A DNA stretch of 62,628 nucleotides from Chiloscyllium plagiosum (lineage: Eukaryota). The notes below the pieces were generated by a model. That model had not been told where the DNA came from. It saw nothing but the letters and a program-made list of their open reading frames with translations, and did no database searches. The stretch spans positions 66,750,590-66,813,217 of the forward strand of contig NC_057718.1 of the NCBI RefSeq assembly GCF_004010195.1. Direction: 5' to 3'. Positions within the stretch are counted from its first letter, which is position 1, and every line of letters starts with the position of its first letter. Position numbers and translations under genes: made by a program. Shown here in pieces: positions 13,101-24,755 of the stretch.

Positions 13101-16100
13101 GACATGTATGTCCTTGATGGAGTGGGAGGGGGAGTTGAAATGGTTGGCCACAGGGCGGTGGGGTTGTTTGGTGTGTGTGTCCCAGAGATGTTCTCTGAAA
13201 TGTTCCACGAGTTGGTGTCCTGTTTTCCCAATGTACAGGAGACAACATCGAGAGCAATGGACACAGTAGATAAGTTGGAGGAAAATCTCTGGCGGATGAG
13301 GGAGGATCCTGTGGGGCCTTGGATGGAGGTGAGGGGGGAGGTATGAGCGCAGGTTTTACACCTTTTGTGGCAGCAAGGGAAGGTGTCGACAGTGGAGGGG
13401 CGGTTGGTGGAGGGCGTGGAGGGGTGGTGGGGGGTCATGGACCTAACAAGGGATTCTTGGAGGGAATGTCCTCTGTGGAATGCTGATGGGGATGCTGATA
13501 TATCTTCAGTGGTGGGATTTGACTGTAGTTGGCAGAAATGGTGGAAGATAGGTGGAGTGGAAGGTGACGACCAGTTGGGGCTATAGAGTCATGGAGTCAT
13601 AGAGATGTACAGCATGGAAGCAGACCCTTCAGTCCAACCCGTCCATGCTGATCACATATCCCAACCCAATCTAGTCCCATCTGCCAGCATCCGGCCAATA
13701 TCCTTTTTGCAGTTGGAGGGGTGGAGTTCAAGGGCAGAGATACAGGAGCTGGAGGAGATGAGCTGGAGGGCATTATTGACTACGTAGGGTGGGGGGAGGG
13801 AGAAAATTGCACTCCTTGAAATAGGAGAAGGTATAAAACCTGCACTTTCACCTCCATTCAAGGCCCAAAAGGATTCTTCCACATCCAGCAGAGATTTTCC
13901 TACACATCTACAGTGTCCGTTGCTCTCAATGTGGTCTCCCCTATATTGGGGAGACAGGATCCAACTCGTGGAATGTTATAGAGAACATCTCTGGGACAGA
14001 CGCACCAAACAACCACATCAACCAGTGGCCAACCACTTTCCCTCCCCCGTTCCGCTCCACCAAGGACATGAAAGTCCTAGGCCTCTTCTACTGCCAAATC
14101 ACAATGACCCGACGCCTGAAGGAAGACCAACTCATCTTCCACCTTGGGACTCTCCAACCACATGGCATCAACATTGATTTCACCAGTTTCCTCATCTCCC
14201 GTCCCCCACCTCATCCCAGATCCAACCCTCCAACTCGGCATCGCCCTCTTGAACTGTCCTACCTGTCCGTCTCCCTTCTCACCTATCTGTTCCATCCTCC
14301 GCTCCAACCTATCACTATCGCTTCTGCTCCTCAGATGCTGCCTGACTTGCTGTGCTTTTCCAGTGCCTCATTTTTCGACTCTGATCTCCAGCATCTGCAG
14401 TCCTCACTTTCTCCTGGGGTGGACAAGGTTAAAAATCACATGACACCAGGTTATAGTCCAACAGGTTCATTTGGAAGTGCACATTTTTGAAATGCTGCTC
14501 CTTCATCAAGTAACAGCACACTGAAAGCTTGTACTTGCAAATAAACCTGTTGCACTATAACCTGGTGGTTGTGATTTTTAACTTTATCCTCATGTGGCTT
14601 GGTTTTGTTTAATTCCGAACACTTTATTTAAAAAAAATATGTTAAAGACCTGGATAGAGTTCAAAGGGGATTTGCTAGAATTATACCAGGAGTGAGGAAT
14701 TTTAGCTACAAGGAAAAATTAGAGAAATTGGGCTAATTCTTCTTGGAGCAGAGAAGATCAAGAGGTGACCTTATTGAAGTGTTGAACAAATTATAAACAA
14801 TTTTCACAGGATAAAGAACGATATTCTGCTTCCACCATTTGGTATGTCAGTAACTAGGGTTCACAATTTCAAGACTGTCAGCAAGAGAGCTAGGAGTGAT
14901 ATGAAGAGAAACTTTTTTTCTCAGAGAGTTGTTAGGATCTGGAATGCGTGGCCTGGGAGAATACTGGAGGCAGATTCCATAGGAGATTTTAAAAGAGAGC
15001 TGGATATATGTTTGAAAGTGGTGAATTTAGAGGGCTATGGAAATAGGGCTGGAGAATGGGAGTAGCTGGGTAGCTCTTTTGGGAGCTGGTACAGACACAA
15101 TGGGTCAAATGGCCTCCTTCTGTACTGTATAATTCTATTGTAGATACAGAAACAAATGATAACTAGTGCATCAAGAAATAAATAATTAGAACAATTTGAT
15201 TTAAAGAGGCAAGTTGGAGGGAATCCTGAAGGACAGGATGTACATGAAAAAGCAAGGACTGATTCGGGATACTCAACATGGCTTTGTGCATGGGAAATCA
15301 TGTCTCACAAACTTGATTGAGTTTTTTGAAGAAATAACGAAGAGGATTGATGAGAGCAGAGTGGTAGAAGTGATCTATAAGGACTTCAGTAAGGCATTCG
15401 ATAAGGTTCCCCATAGGAGACTGGTTAGCAAGGTTACATCTTATGGAATACAGGGAGAACTAGCCATTTGGACACAGAACTGGCTCAAAAGGAGAAGACA
15501 GAGGGTGGTGATGGAGGGGTTGTTTTTCAGAGTGGAGTGCCACAAGGATCAGTGCTGGATCCACTACTTTTCATCATTTATGTAAGTGATCTGGATGTGA
15601 GCATAAGAGGTATAGTTAGTAAATTTGCAGATGACACCAAAATTGGAGGTGTAGTGGACAGTGAGGAAGGTTTCCTCAGATTACAATGGGATCTTGATCA
15701 GATGGGCCAATGGGATGAGGAGTGGCAGATGGAGTTTAATTTAAATAATTGCGAGGCGCTGCATTTTGGGAAAGCACATCTTAGCAGGACTTATACACTT
15801 AATGGTAAGGTCCTAACGAGTGTTGCTGAACAAAGAGACCATGGAGTGCAGGTTCATAGCTCCTTGAAAGTAGAAATCGCAGGTAGATAGGATAGTGAAG
15901 AAGGCGTTTGGTATGCTTTCCTTTATTGGTCAGAGTATTGAGTACAGGACTTAGGAGGTCATGTTGCAGCTGCAGAAGGACATTGGTTAGGCCGCTTTTG
16001 GAATATTGCATGCAGTTCTGGTCTCCTTCCTATAGGAAGGACATTGTGAAACTTGAAAGGGTTCAGAAGCAATTTACAAGGATGTTGCCAGGGTTGGAGG

Positions 16101-19100
16101 ATTTGAGTTATAAGGAGAGGTTGAATAGCCTGAGGCTGTTTTCCCTGGAGAGTTGAAGGCTGAGGGGTAACCTTATAAAGGTTTATAAAATCATGAGGGG
16201 CATGTATAGGGTAAATAGACAAAGTCTTTTCCCTGGGGTTGGGAGTCCAGAACTAAACGGCATAGGCTTAGAGGGGAGGGGAAAGATATAAAAGAGTCCT
16301 ACGGGGCAACCTTTTCACGCAAAGGGTGGTGCATTTATGGAACGGGCTGCCAGAGGAAGTGATGGAGGCTGGCTCAATTGCAACATTTAAGAAGCATCTG
16401 CATGGGTATATGAATAGGAAGGGTTTGGAGGGATATGGGACGGGTGCTGGCAGGTGGGACTAGATTAGATTGGGATATCTGGTTGGCGTGGATGAGTTGG
16501 ACCCCATGGTCTGTTTCCATGCTGTACATCTCTATGACTCTATGACTCTAAGTTGTTTCAGTCTGGGAAATAAGGAACTAAAGGCCTTTAGACTAACCTC
16601 TATCAAAGAATGTTTCAAAGAACGAAGAAAAATCTTAATAACAGCAAACAAGCAAACAGCAACATAATTTTAATAATCAGCAAATATCTACCTGTATGTA
16701 GGATTATCATGTAGGCAACAATCTGATGAAATCTGATGTTTTTATCTAGTTGTTTTCTGATATTGCTTCGACAATACTGGGTTAAGAAAGTATATAAGAA
16801 CATTTTAGGTATTAGCTAATAAATTTAGTGAAAAGCATGCCCTACATTTGACAAAGGAGAAAGCTAAATAGTTTTAAGTCACCTCATGAATGCAGTGAAA
16901 TCGTTACCAAGTGATAGAAGTTCAAGATTTTCTTGAAGTTAAGATTCTCTAGTAATCTAATTCCAAAAATCCTGACAAAATGGACGGAATCATCCATTTT
17001 GCAGTTAACATCTGGCATTTGTTGTGGAAGTGGGAGTTACTGGCATCGTCCTTTCTCACATAGTCAGGTCACATGGGATTCAGGGTGAGTTTGCCAATTG
17101 GATGCATAATTGACTTAACAGCAAGAGACAGAGTAATGGTGGAGGGTTGCTTTTCAGAATGGAGGCCTGTGACCAGCAGTGTTCTGCAGAGTTTGGATCT
17201 GGGTCCTCTTTTGTTTGTCATTCACATAAATGATTTAGATGAGAATATAGTTCGTAAGCTTGCAGATGACACCAAAACTGGAGGCATAGTGGACAGTGAA
17301 GAAGGTTTTCTAAGATACAAAGGGATCAAATAGGTCAATGGGCTGAAAAAAGGCACATGGAATTCAATTTAGATAACAGCAATGTATTGCATTTTTGGTA
17401 CAACAAACAAGGGTAGGGCTTATACAATTAATGATCGGGCCTTGGGTAGCGTTGTAGAACGGAGGGACCAAGGGATGCAGGTACATAATTCTTTGAAGTT
17501 TGTGTCACAAAAAGACAGGATGGTTAAAAAGGCATTTGGAACGCTTACCTTCATTGTTCAGTCTTTTATGTGTAGGAGTTGGGAAGTTGTATTGCGGTTG
17601 TGCAGGACATGGTGAGGCCTGTTCTGGAATACTGTGTCCAGTTCTGTACACCCAGTTAGAGGAAGGGGATATTATCAAGCTGGAGAGGGTCCAGACGTGA
17701 TGATTGAGTGTTGCCAGGGTGTTTGCCAGGGTGTTGCTAGATATAGAAGATTTGAGTTGTAAAGAAAGGCTGAATAGGCTGGGACTTTTTTATTGTAGCG
17801 TAGGAGATTGAGAGGCGACCTAAAAGAAGTTTATAAAATAATGAGAGGTATAGGTAGAGTTAATGGTAGTTGTCTTTTGCCAACGATGGGGGTTTTTAAG
17901 ACTAGATAGAATATTTTTAAGGTGAGAGGAGAGAGATTTAAAAAAGATACAAGGGGCAATATTTTTACACAGAGGGTGGTTCGTGTGTGGATTAAATACC
18001 TGAGGAAGTGGTGGATGTGGATATAATTACAACATTTAAAACACATTTGGATAGGTACATGAATAGAAAAGGTTTGGAGGGATATGGATCAAGAGCAGGC
18101 AGGTGAGACTAATTTAGTTTGGAATTATGTTCGGCGTGGACTGGTTGGACCGAAGGATCTGTTTCCATGCTGTGTGATTCTATGACTCTATATCTCTATG
18201 ACAACACGTTACATATGCTGGCAGGGAGAAAACGGTCAATCTTATATGGCCAACAGGCAAAAAGTTCTTACCCCAACTAGGACCTTCTGAAGTTGAAGGG
18301 CACCTGGCCCTTCTCTTACTGCAAGCGAGGAGGGAACATTCAGGCTCTGTTGGTATTCCCGCACAGTGACCAAGCAGCTCAAGATGGCTAGGTCTAGAAT
18401 CCTGCAGTAATGTCCTTGGGCTGAGATAATTGACTTCTAGCAATCACAATTATCTTTATTATGTTTAGAATGACTCCAAACAATGGAGAGACTTGCCACC
18501 AGTTCTGCTGGGGCTCCTTAATACCATATTATGTTGTTAAGTTAAAGACAGTCACTTTCATCTCATCTTTGAAATTCACTTCATGTTTAACTGAAGCTGA
18601 AATGAGGTCAAGAATTGAGTGACATTGCAAAATCCAAACTGAACAGGTTATTGTCTGATGGACCCTTTCTATCACTTTACTGATAATCAAGAATAGAGTG
18701 AGTTAGATGTAAATAATCACTATTTAAAAAAGCAATTTGGCGCTCCTTGAAGTCTTGGCTAGAAGTTATCTATCAATTAAAGAACATGGAGATAATTTGA
18801 ACTTTGAATGATATTTGCTACATTTGCTTATATAAAATGGTTGCAATGCTTCAATTCTAAAAGTAATTCAATTGTTTCACAAAGGCAAGTTCTTTCTTCT
18901 TTATTTTTATCATAATTCAACAGCTCATGCTAATTTACAAATTTCATCTTACCCTCTGGTATACCGTAAGGATTTAACATTTCTATCATTACAGATAAAT
19001 CTAATATATTTGATCTTTTCTGAGTAAAACTATGCCTAACTGTAGCAAAGGGTATAAACCTTAGGGTACTTTGATAAAATGATACGTACATTACACGATC

Positions 19101-19916
19101 CTCTCAAAAGTGAAATCAGATTTCGACTGACTGGCAGCAGAATCAGGAGACTGTTGAAGTTGAGACACATTGCAGATGCTCTTGACCAAGCCAATGCTGA
19201 CTGATAGGAGGAATCAGACAAACATCTCTTGCTTACTACTAAAGGTAGATTAATGGTTCAACTAGATTAAACATAGTGAAATAACAATAACATAACACTT
19301 ACCCCAAGCATTGCTCGGGTATAAATATATGCTGCTTCTTGTTCATACAGGAAGAAAGTATGGAGAAAAAGTAAAGTGTTGACTCCCAACCACAACAACT
19401 GTAACAAAAGAAGTTTTTATTTCACAAACTAGAAAGTCATGGCTTTTCATTTTGCAAGTTTGTCTAATTTATTTTAAATGGATTACTGTGGGGTAGCAAA
19501 TGTTTAAAACATTGCAAAGGAATTTTATTTTAATAATAAATTTTAAATGTGCCCAAGTTAGCAACTAGGTTCACACTTTACTTAATAAACAGATGCAAAT
19601 TAAAACCTTATGGTGTGAATATAATGTATAACATGATGTGCAACCTGTAGCTTTTGCTTTTCAATAATTGATCTAGATTTCTCAAAGAATGCGGTTAGTT
19701 CTGTTTCTTTGTAAACTTTCCAAAACTTACTTAAGCCTATAAAAAAACTAATTAACATTAAAGGTTCAGTGCTAAAGTTAGTTTTATTATTACTTGTAAA
19801 AATGAGTTCAAATATAGACTGATGTAACTCTACAGGAAGCATATTGATGAATTAACAAGTATAAAACTTACTAATATGATAAGCTTTGGACCATCATTCA
19901 CAAACCAGTTTGCCAT
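3973..19916 (-). CDS. NOX3: NADPH oxidase catalytic subunit, NOX3-like; spliced 5' half (coding exons 1-7), continuing beyond window start
   Basis: Seven GT-AG exons (45,96,111,85,146,182,130 nt) join in frame to 265 aa: [265 protein letters not shown]. Heme histidines H101, H115, H206, H219 are present. NOX1-3 family membership is near certain; the NOX3 paralog call rests on recalled diagnostic residues. Confidence 0.85.
7050..7800 (+). mobile_element. Highly decayed LINE remnant, possibly RTE-like endonuclease region
   Basis: Fragmentary resemblance to an APE-domain coding segment; no intact ORF. Confidence 0.3.
8325..8622 (+). mobile_element. HE1-type V-SINE (older copy)
   Basis: tRNA-like head (cagtggttagcactgctgtctcacagc...ggtttgattcc), V-core (gtctgtgtggagttcgcacgttctcccc...ggtttcct), aatct tail. 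Confidence 0.85.
9908..10089 (-). CDS. NOX3: NOX3-like coding exon 6
   Basis: Acceptor tgtatttccag, 182 nt, donor gtaagt; AGVTGIIIT...[11 protein letters not shown]...IHG includes H206 and H219. Confidence 0.95.
10980..11125 (-). CDS. NOX3: NOX3-like coding exon 5
   Basis: Acceptor tcttaacatttag, 146 nt, donor gtatgt; [14 protein letters not shown]...YLNPIRT includes H115. Confidence 0.95.
12428..12630 (+). mobile_element. tRNA-derived SINE, non-HE1 family (also about 26090-26540 and 40310-40620)
   Basis: A/B boxes (cctaatggtaat...gggttcaaaaccc) and a core ggttcactaatgtcctt...ccatccttgtctggt shared by the three copies. Confidence 0.6.
12672..14413. mobile_element. Penelope-like element family A: inverted (minus) copy plus direct (plus) 3' copy, interrupted by a CR1 3' end (13583-13703)
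   Basis: GIY-YIG region on both strands ([16 protein letters not shown]..., FREHLWDT...[12 protein letters not shown]...[17 protein letters not shown]). Decayed hammerhead on minus at about 12735-12758. Confidence 0.85.
14414..14590. mobile_element. Penelope-like family B terminal fold-back palindrome (its left end is split off to 12631-12671)
   Basis: Inverted arms ...gttaaaaatcaca...ggttatagtccaacagg / cctgttgcactataacc...tgtgatttttaac; same family as 45421-45645. Confidence 0.75.
14645..15139 (+). mobile_element. CR1 LINE 3' fragment
   Basis: [14 protein letters not shown]...FKRELD C-terminus plus 3' tail. Confidence 0.85.
15213..16550 (+). mobile_element. CR1 (HER1-like) LINE, 5'-truncated
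   Basis: [40 protein letters not shown]; (ctatgact)n tail. Confidence 0.93.
16692..16776 (-). CDS. NOX3: NOX3-like coding exon 4
   Basis: Acceptor ttcttaacccag, 85 nt, donor gtagat; [16 protein letters not shown] includes heme ligand H101. Confidence 0.95.
17063..18190 (+). mobile_element. CR1 LINE, 5'-truncated
   Basis: [15 protein letters not shown]; ctatgact tail. Confidence 0.9.
19090..19200 (-). CDS. NOX3: NOX3-like coding exon 3
   Basis: Acceptor ctcctatcag, 111 nt, donor gtacgt; [37 protein letters not shown]. The preceding intron is only 102 bp. Confidence 0.95.
19303..19398 (-). CDS. NOX3: NOX3-like coding exon 2
   Basis: Acceptor cttttgttacag, 96 nt, donor gtaagt; LLWLGVN...YTRAMLG. 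Confidence 0.93.
19872..19916 (-). CDS. NOX3: NOX3-like coding exon 1 ([15 protein letters not shown])
   Basis: ATG at 19916 in tcaATGG context with an in-frame TGA two codons upstream; 45 nt; donor GTAAGT. Resembles NOX N-termini (MGNWAVNEG...). Confidence 0.9.
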
Positions 19917-20090
19917 TGATCACGTAGAGCTGTGGCTTCAGTCTGTTCTCAGCTCCTTTACAACTGGTGTTCTGTTTTCTACCTACCCATCACTGTCATC
20001 TGTTGTTGAGGGGTAGAATTACTGAGGGTGCACTCTGGGAATCACAATCCTCTTTGATGGTCTGGTATTCACATATTTATTAAGATGTAG
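19917..20090 (-). promoter_or_regulatory. Putative 5'UTR/proximal promoter of the NOX3-like gene
   Basis: Non-repetitive sequence upstream of the ATG. TATA-like TAATAAATAT on the minus strand near 20073-20082; TCF/LEF-like CTTTGAT at 20052-20058. Motif evidence only. Confidence 0.3.
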
Positions 20091-20707
20091 TACAATATTA
20101 AGAATTCCAACATCCCATAGTGTAGGCAATTATTAAAAAAACAAGCTCAAGCACTGGGTCTCAGTGAGTAAATTGATTTCTTTCATCTCATCAGAGGTAA
20201 GAATCCTATGTAAGAAGAGCTTACTCATTCTCAACAGAACTTCTATTGGTTACACTGCCAGATCCATTCAGTCAGCCAAACTGAATAAATAGCTTATGAA
20301 GTGGAAAAAATACATTGTGCAGTATGATGTATGTTTCTAGTTTTGCAGTAAATACATGCAACAGAAAATACTGTGTTCCACTTGCTCAGTTGAGTGTGTT
20401 CTTATCTTTGTTGATTAGAGTCCCATAACAACCATTTATATTAATATGGCACCATTTATGTAAAACATCTCATGATGCATTATAATAGCTTTACAGGTGT
20501 TAGTGTGCAACTACAATAAGTTCTTAAGAAGGGTTAAAAAATGTAATCCTTTATTATGAGAGGAATTAAAAACAAGGGATGTTATCTTTCAGTTATGCAC
20601 CGCATTGGTGAGACCATATTCCCAATACTGTGTGTAGTCTTGTCTCCTTATCTAAGGAAGGATATAAATGTATTGAAGATTGTTCAGAACATGTTTGCTG
20701 GATTGGT

Positions 20708-21390
20708 AGCAAACAAAAATAGAAATTACTGGAGAAACTCAGCATATCTGGCAGCATCTGTGGAGAGAAAACAGAATTAATGTGTCCAGTGAGCTTTCTT
20801 CAGAACTAATAACATGTAGAAACCCCAATTGTATCAACTCCTAACTTAACTACATATCCTCACACGCTGCTTCCTCTGAGGACTCCATTCTATTCTCTCA
20901 GTTTCTCCATCTCCATTTATTCTAGTTAAAAGGCATTTGGATAAATATGTGGATAGGAAACGTTTAGAAGGATATGGGCTCAAGTGCAGGGAAAAAGGGT
21001 TAACGTGGATAGACCTTTTGATCGGCATGGGTCAAGGGGCCTGTCTCCGTGCTGTAGGACTCTATGATGCTACCTTCTGCAGAGGGGCCTCAGACATATC
21101 CACCTTTTCCTCAGCTGAAGATTCCCCACCACAGGACCCTTAGTTGGTTCCCACACTTCTGCCCTCACCCCTTCTCTTCCCTTCCACAACAATGACAGGG
21201 TCCCCTTCATCCTCACATTCCACCTCATCAGCGTCTGCCTCCATAGAATCATGTGATTTCTGCCACCTTCAGCAAATGTCACCACCAGACTAATATTCTC
21301 CTTCCCTTCCTTGACAGCATTCTATAGGGACAGTTTCCTATGGGACACCCTGGTCTACGACTCCGCCACTCCCAATATCCCCACAGCTTG
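20708..21390. mobile_element. Decayed Penelope-like fragment with inverted terminal piece (20708-20808), interrupted by a CR1 3' end (about 20925-21070)
   Basis: Minus-strand terminal repeat related to 56235-56315; plus-strand post-RT linker sequence (DRVPFILTFH-like). Confidence 0.6.
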
Positions 21391-21675
21391 TGCTGCATGG
21401 GAAATTGAGACTGCATTTACCAGAAATTACATTAGGCAAGGTCCATAAATACAATAATGGGGCTAACCAGCATTTTGATGCTGGAAAGGGTAAATTTCAA
21501 TTGATAACACCAAATTCTGGAGAACGCGGTGGGTCAGACAGGCCTTGTGTGAAGTTCTGTGCTATGTTGGAGGCAAACTCCTCCATGCTCCTTGATAGTT
21601 ACAGCAGGCTTCCTTACAAGTTATCTTGGATGCCAAAGCAGCAATGGTCTTTGTGTGCATATTCATCTTACCTAT

Positions 21676-23808
21676 CGTGATGTGGAGGAGCCGGTATTGA
21701 GTTGGATCAACAAAGTTAAAAATCACACAACACCACTGCCGCCCTTGAACCCCACCCCTCCAATTGCAACAAATACAGAAACCCCGGTCCTCACCTTCAA
21801 TCCAACCAACCTACAGATACAATGCATCATCCTCCACCATTTCCGCCACTCACAAACAGTCCCCACCACCAGGGATATTTCCCTTCCCACTCCTATCTGC
21901 ATTCTGCAGAGACCATTCCCTCTGCGACTTCTTTGTTAAGTACATGACCCCGCACCAACCCACCCTCCACTCCTGGCACCTTCCCCTGCCACCGCAGAAG
22001 TAGAAAACCTATGCCCACATCTCCCCCCTCACCTCTGTCCAAGGCCCCAAAGGATCCTTCCACATCAGACAGAGATTTACCTGTACTTCCACATATGTCA
22101 TCTACCCTGTGTCTGTTGTTCTTGATGTGGTCTCCTCTACATAGGGAAGACCGGTCGCCAACTTGTGAAATGTTTCAGAGAACATCTCTGGGACACATGT
22201 TCTAAACAACCCCACCGCTCTATGGCTGAACACTTTAACTTCCACTCCCACTCCACCAAGGACATGCAAGTCCTGAGCCTCATCCACCACCAAACTCTAG
22301 CCACCCAATGCATAGAGGAAGAATGCCTCATCTTCTGCCTTGGGACCCTCCAGCCACATGGGATCAATGTAGATTTCATCAATTTCCTCATTTGTCCTCC
22401 CCCATCTTATTCTATATCCATCCTTCCAACTTGGTACAGCCGTCTTCAACTGTCCTATGTGTCCACCTTCCTTCCCACCTATCCGCTCCACCCTCCCCTC
22501 CGACCTATCACCATCACCCTCACCTTCATCTACCTTTCGCATTCCCAGCTACCTTCCCCTCAGCCCCCCCACCCCCTTTCATTTATCTTGCAGCCACCCC
22601 CTCATTCCTGATGAAGAGCTCATACTCGAAACGTCGACTCTCCTGCTTCTCGGATTCTGCCTGACCGGCTGTGCTTTTCCAGCACCACACCTCTCAACAG
22701 GTTTATTTGGAAGAACTAGCTTTCAGAGTGCTGCTCCTTCATCAGGTAGCTGTGGAGCAGGACTATTAGACACAGAATTTATCGCAAAAGATTACAGTGT
22801 CATGCAACTGAAATGATATGTTCAACAACCTAGATTGCTGTCAAGTTTTTCATCTTTTAGAGCAGCTTGCAGGTTTCAGTTCATTAATATGTAAATCCAG
22901 AACGTCTTTTAAGTCAAATTCTCGGGATAACTTAAGGGTTTTTTTTTAAAAAAGGTGATATCTCAGCTCAGACAATGCATTCAGTTACCATGAGGTACCC
23001 ATGAGGATCGCCTCAGCGGGGACCTTGGGTTCATGTCACACTACAGGTGACCCCACTGCACTATACACTCTCTCATACACACACACTCTTACATACTCAC
23101 ACATTCATGCAGATCTTCTCTCATACACATGCTCTCTCTCTTATACACACACAGACACACTCCCCTCACTCACATCCACGCACACACCCTCTCACAGGCT
23201 TATACTCCATCACACTCACTTTATGAAGCATGCATGCACACAAATGCACATTCACACTCACACGCAAATGCGTGCTCTCTCTCTCTCTCTCTCTCACATG
23301 CACACGCACACACATAGTCTATGAGGTGAATTTGTACTGCAGAATTATATTTGCAGATACATTCTATTTTGCTCAAAAAGCACACAATCAGCAGGCAGTC
23401 AATCCATATAACATTTTATAAATTCCACTTTGGAAATAGAACCAGTCTGACAGATTGGAATACAGACAGATTCTAATCTCACATCTTTCATGCATTGTCT
23501 GAACTGAGATGTCACCTTTTTTTTATAAAACCTTAAGTTAACTCGAGAATATGACTTAAACGAAGTTCTGGGATTTACGTATTAATGAACCAAAACCTGC
23601 AACCCATTCTAAAAGATGAAAGACTTAACAGCAATGTAGGTTTGCTCAACATATCATTTCAGTTGAATGACACTCTGATCCTTTGCTATAAATTCTGTGT
23701 CTTAGGCTCCTGCTCCACAGCTACCTGAAGAAGGAGCTGCAATCTGAAAGCTAGTTCTTCCAAATAAACCTGTTGGATTCTAATCTGGTGTCGTGTGATT
23801 TTTTAACT
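21676..23808. mobile_element. Penelope-like family B insertion (inverted terminal copy, ORF end, CA-rich 3'UTR, direct terminal copy) containing a nested family A element
   Basis: Inverted arms 22695-22981 and 23490-23775, continued by 21700-21735 against the right arm end. ORF tail THEDRLSGDLGFMSHYR* at about 22997-23050. Hammerhead motifs 22717-22745 (minus) and 23725-23753 (plus). Confidence 0.8.
21736..22698 (+). mobile_element. Penelope-like element family A, 3' part (GIY-YIG endonuclease plus terminal repeat)
   Basis: [34 protein letters not shown]...[17 protein letters not shown]; hammerhead CTGATGA...GAAACGTC at 22608-22639. Confidence 0.88.
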
Positions 23809-24009
23809 ACTTATCCTGTACATTGTCCATCAAAATCCTTATCTGAATCCCTTGAAGTTAACTTGTATGCAACATTACCTTCCAGGGAGCTTGCACATAA
23901 ATTGACCTAATCTCCTGAATAATCTTCTGGCTCTTGTTCCATGATTCACTACCTCCAGATCCTGACTCTATGCAACCATCTAAGGCACTTAGTATCAGAA
24001 TTTGAACTA

Positions 24010-24500
24010 ATGGTTGCGAGGATCAGGTCAAATGCTGGTGCTTCTTGCTCAAAGATATGTCATAGCTTTCATCCATCCACATGAGTTTGCAGTAGTTGAT
24101 CAGGTGGCACCTATTTGGCATCTGAAAACAGGAAGTCAAAAGTCGGTAATTGGGGTGAAGAAAAGAAGGTGGAATGGAAAATAAGAAGCCCACTGTTACA
24201 CATTCTGCATACCAGATGGCTGGATGATAAGGATCATATAATAGGAACATATTGTCATCCTGAATGCCTTTTGCAACACAGAATCTAACAATCTTTCTGA
24301 GCATATAAAGATGGATTACTAATATTGACCTCCAGTTGAGGTATTTGAAGTTCTGCCACTATTGGCAATCCACAGGATTTTATTTCAACAGCAACTTTCT
24401 CCCGATCCTTTCTGAGAGTGTCCATTGAGGGCTCCTTCAGAAAGATGGCCTCTCCTCATGACAGGGTGTGGGCTATTTGTGAGAAACAACCACAGTATCC
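24010..24500 (-). mobile_element. Decayed Tx1/L1-like C-terminal fragment
   Basis: Minus-strand remnants (QNFKYLNW...) resembling the Tx1 zinc-knuckle region; heavily degenerate. Confidence 0.35.
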
Positions 24501-24536
24501 AAAAAAAAGTAGCAATCCAGTTTAACAATCCACTTT

Positions 24537-24755
24537 GTTGTATAATGATTATAATGAGGTCAACCTAGTGAACCTCATAGAATATGGATTCCCTGACTGG
24601 GGCTGTTACTCTGGTGCAAATAATCTGGCTGACAGATGAGAACAGAAGTGTCAGAGGTTCTGTTCGCTTTGAGAGCTGGCTCTGAGGGAGCTGATCAGTG
24701 CGAAAGACTCTCCGTGTATTAATAAGGGGTGACTTGGTGACAGGATACCAGCCAA
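24537..24755 (+). mobile_element. LTR fragment, probably Gypsy-like (related copy on minus at about 60222-60430)
   Basis: Shared end ...aataaggggtgacttggtgacaggataccagcc with the reverse complement of the 60222-60430 segment. Confidence 0.55.

Noticed and set aside
3973..19916. Calling the oxidase NOX1 or CYBB/NOX2
   Set aside because: NFNS and the 45-nt exon 1 are NOX1/2-like, but most diagnostic residues and the recalled 146+182 exon pair favour NOX3. Not fully excluded without a phylogeny.
23001..23421. His/Thr-rich ORFs
   Set aside because: Translation of a CA-rich microsatellite in a Penelope 3'UTR.
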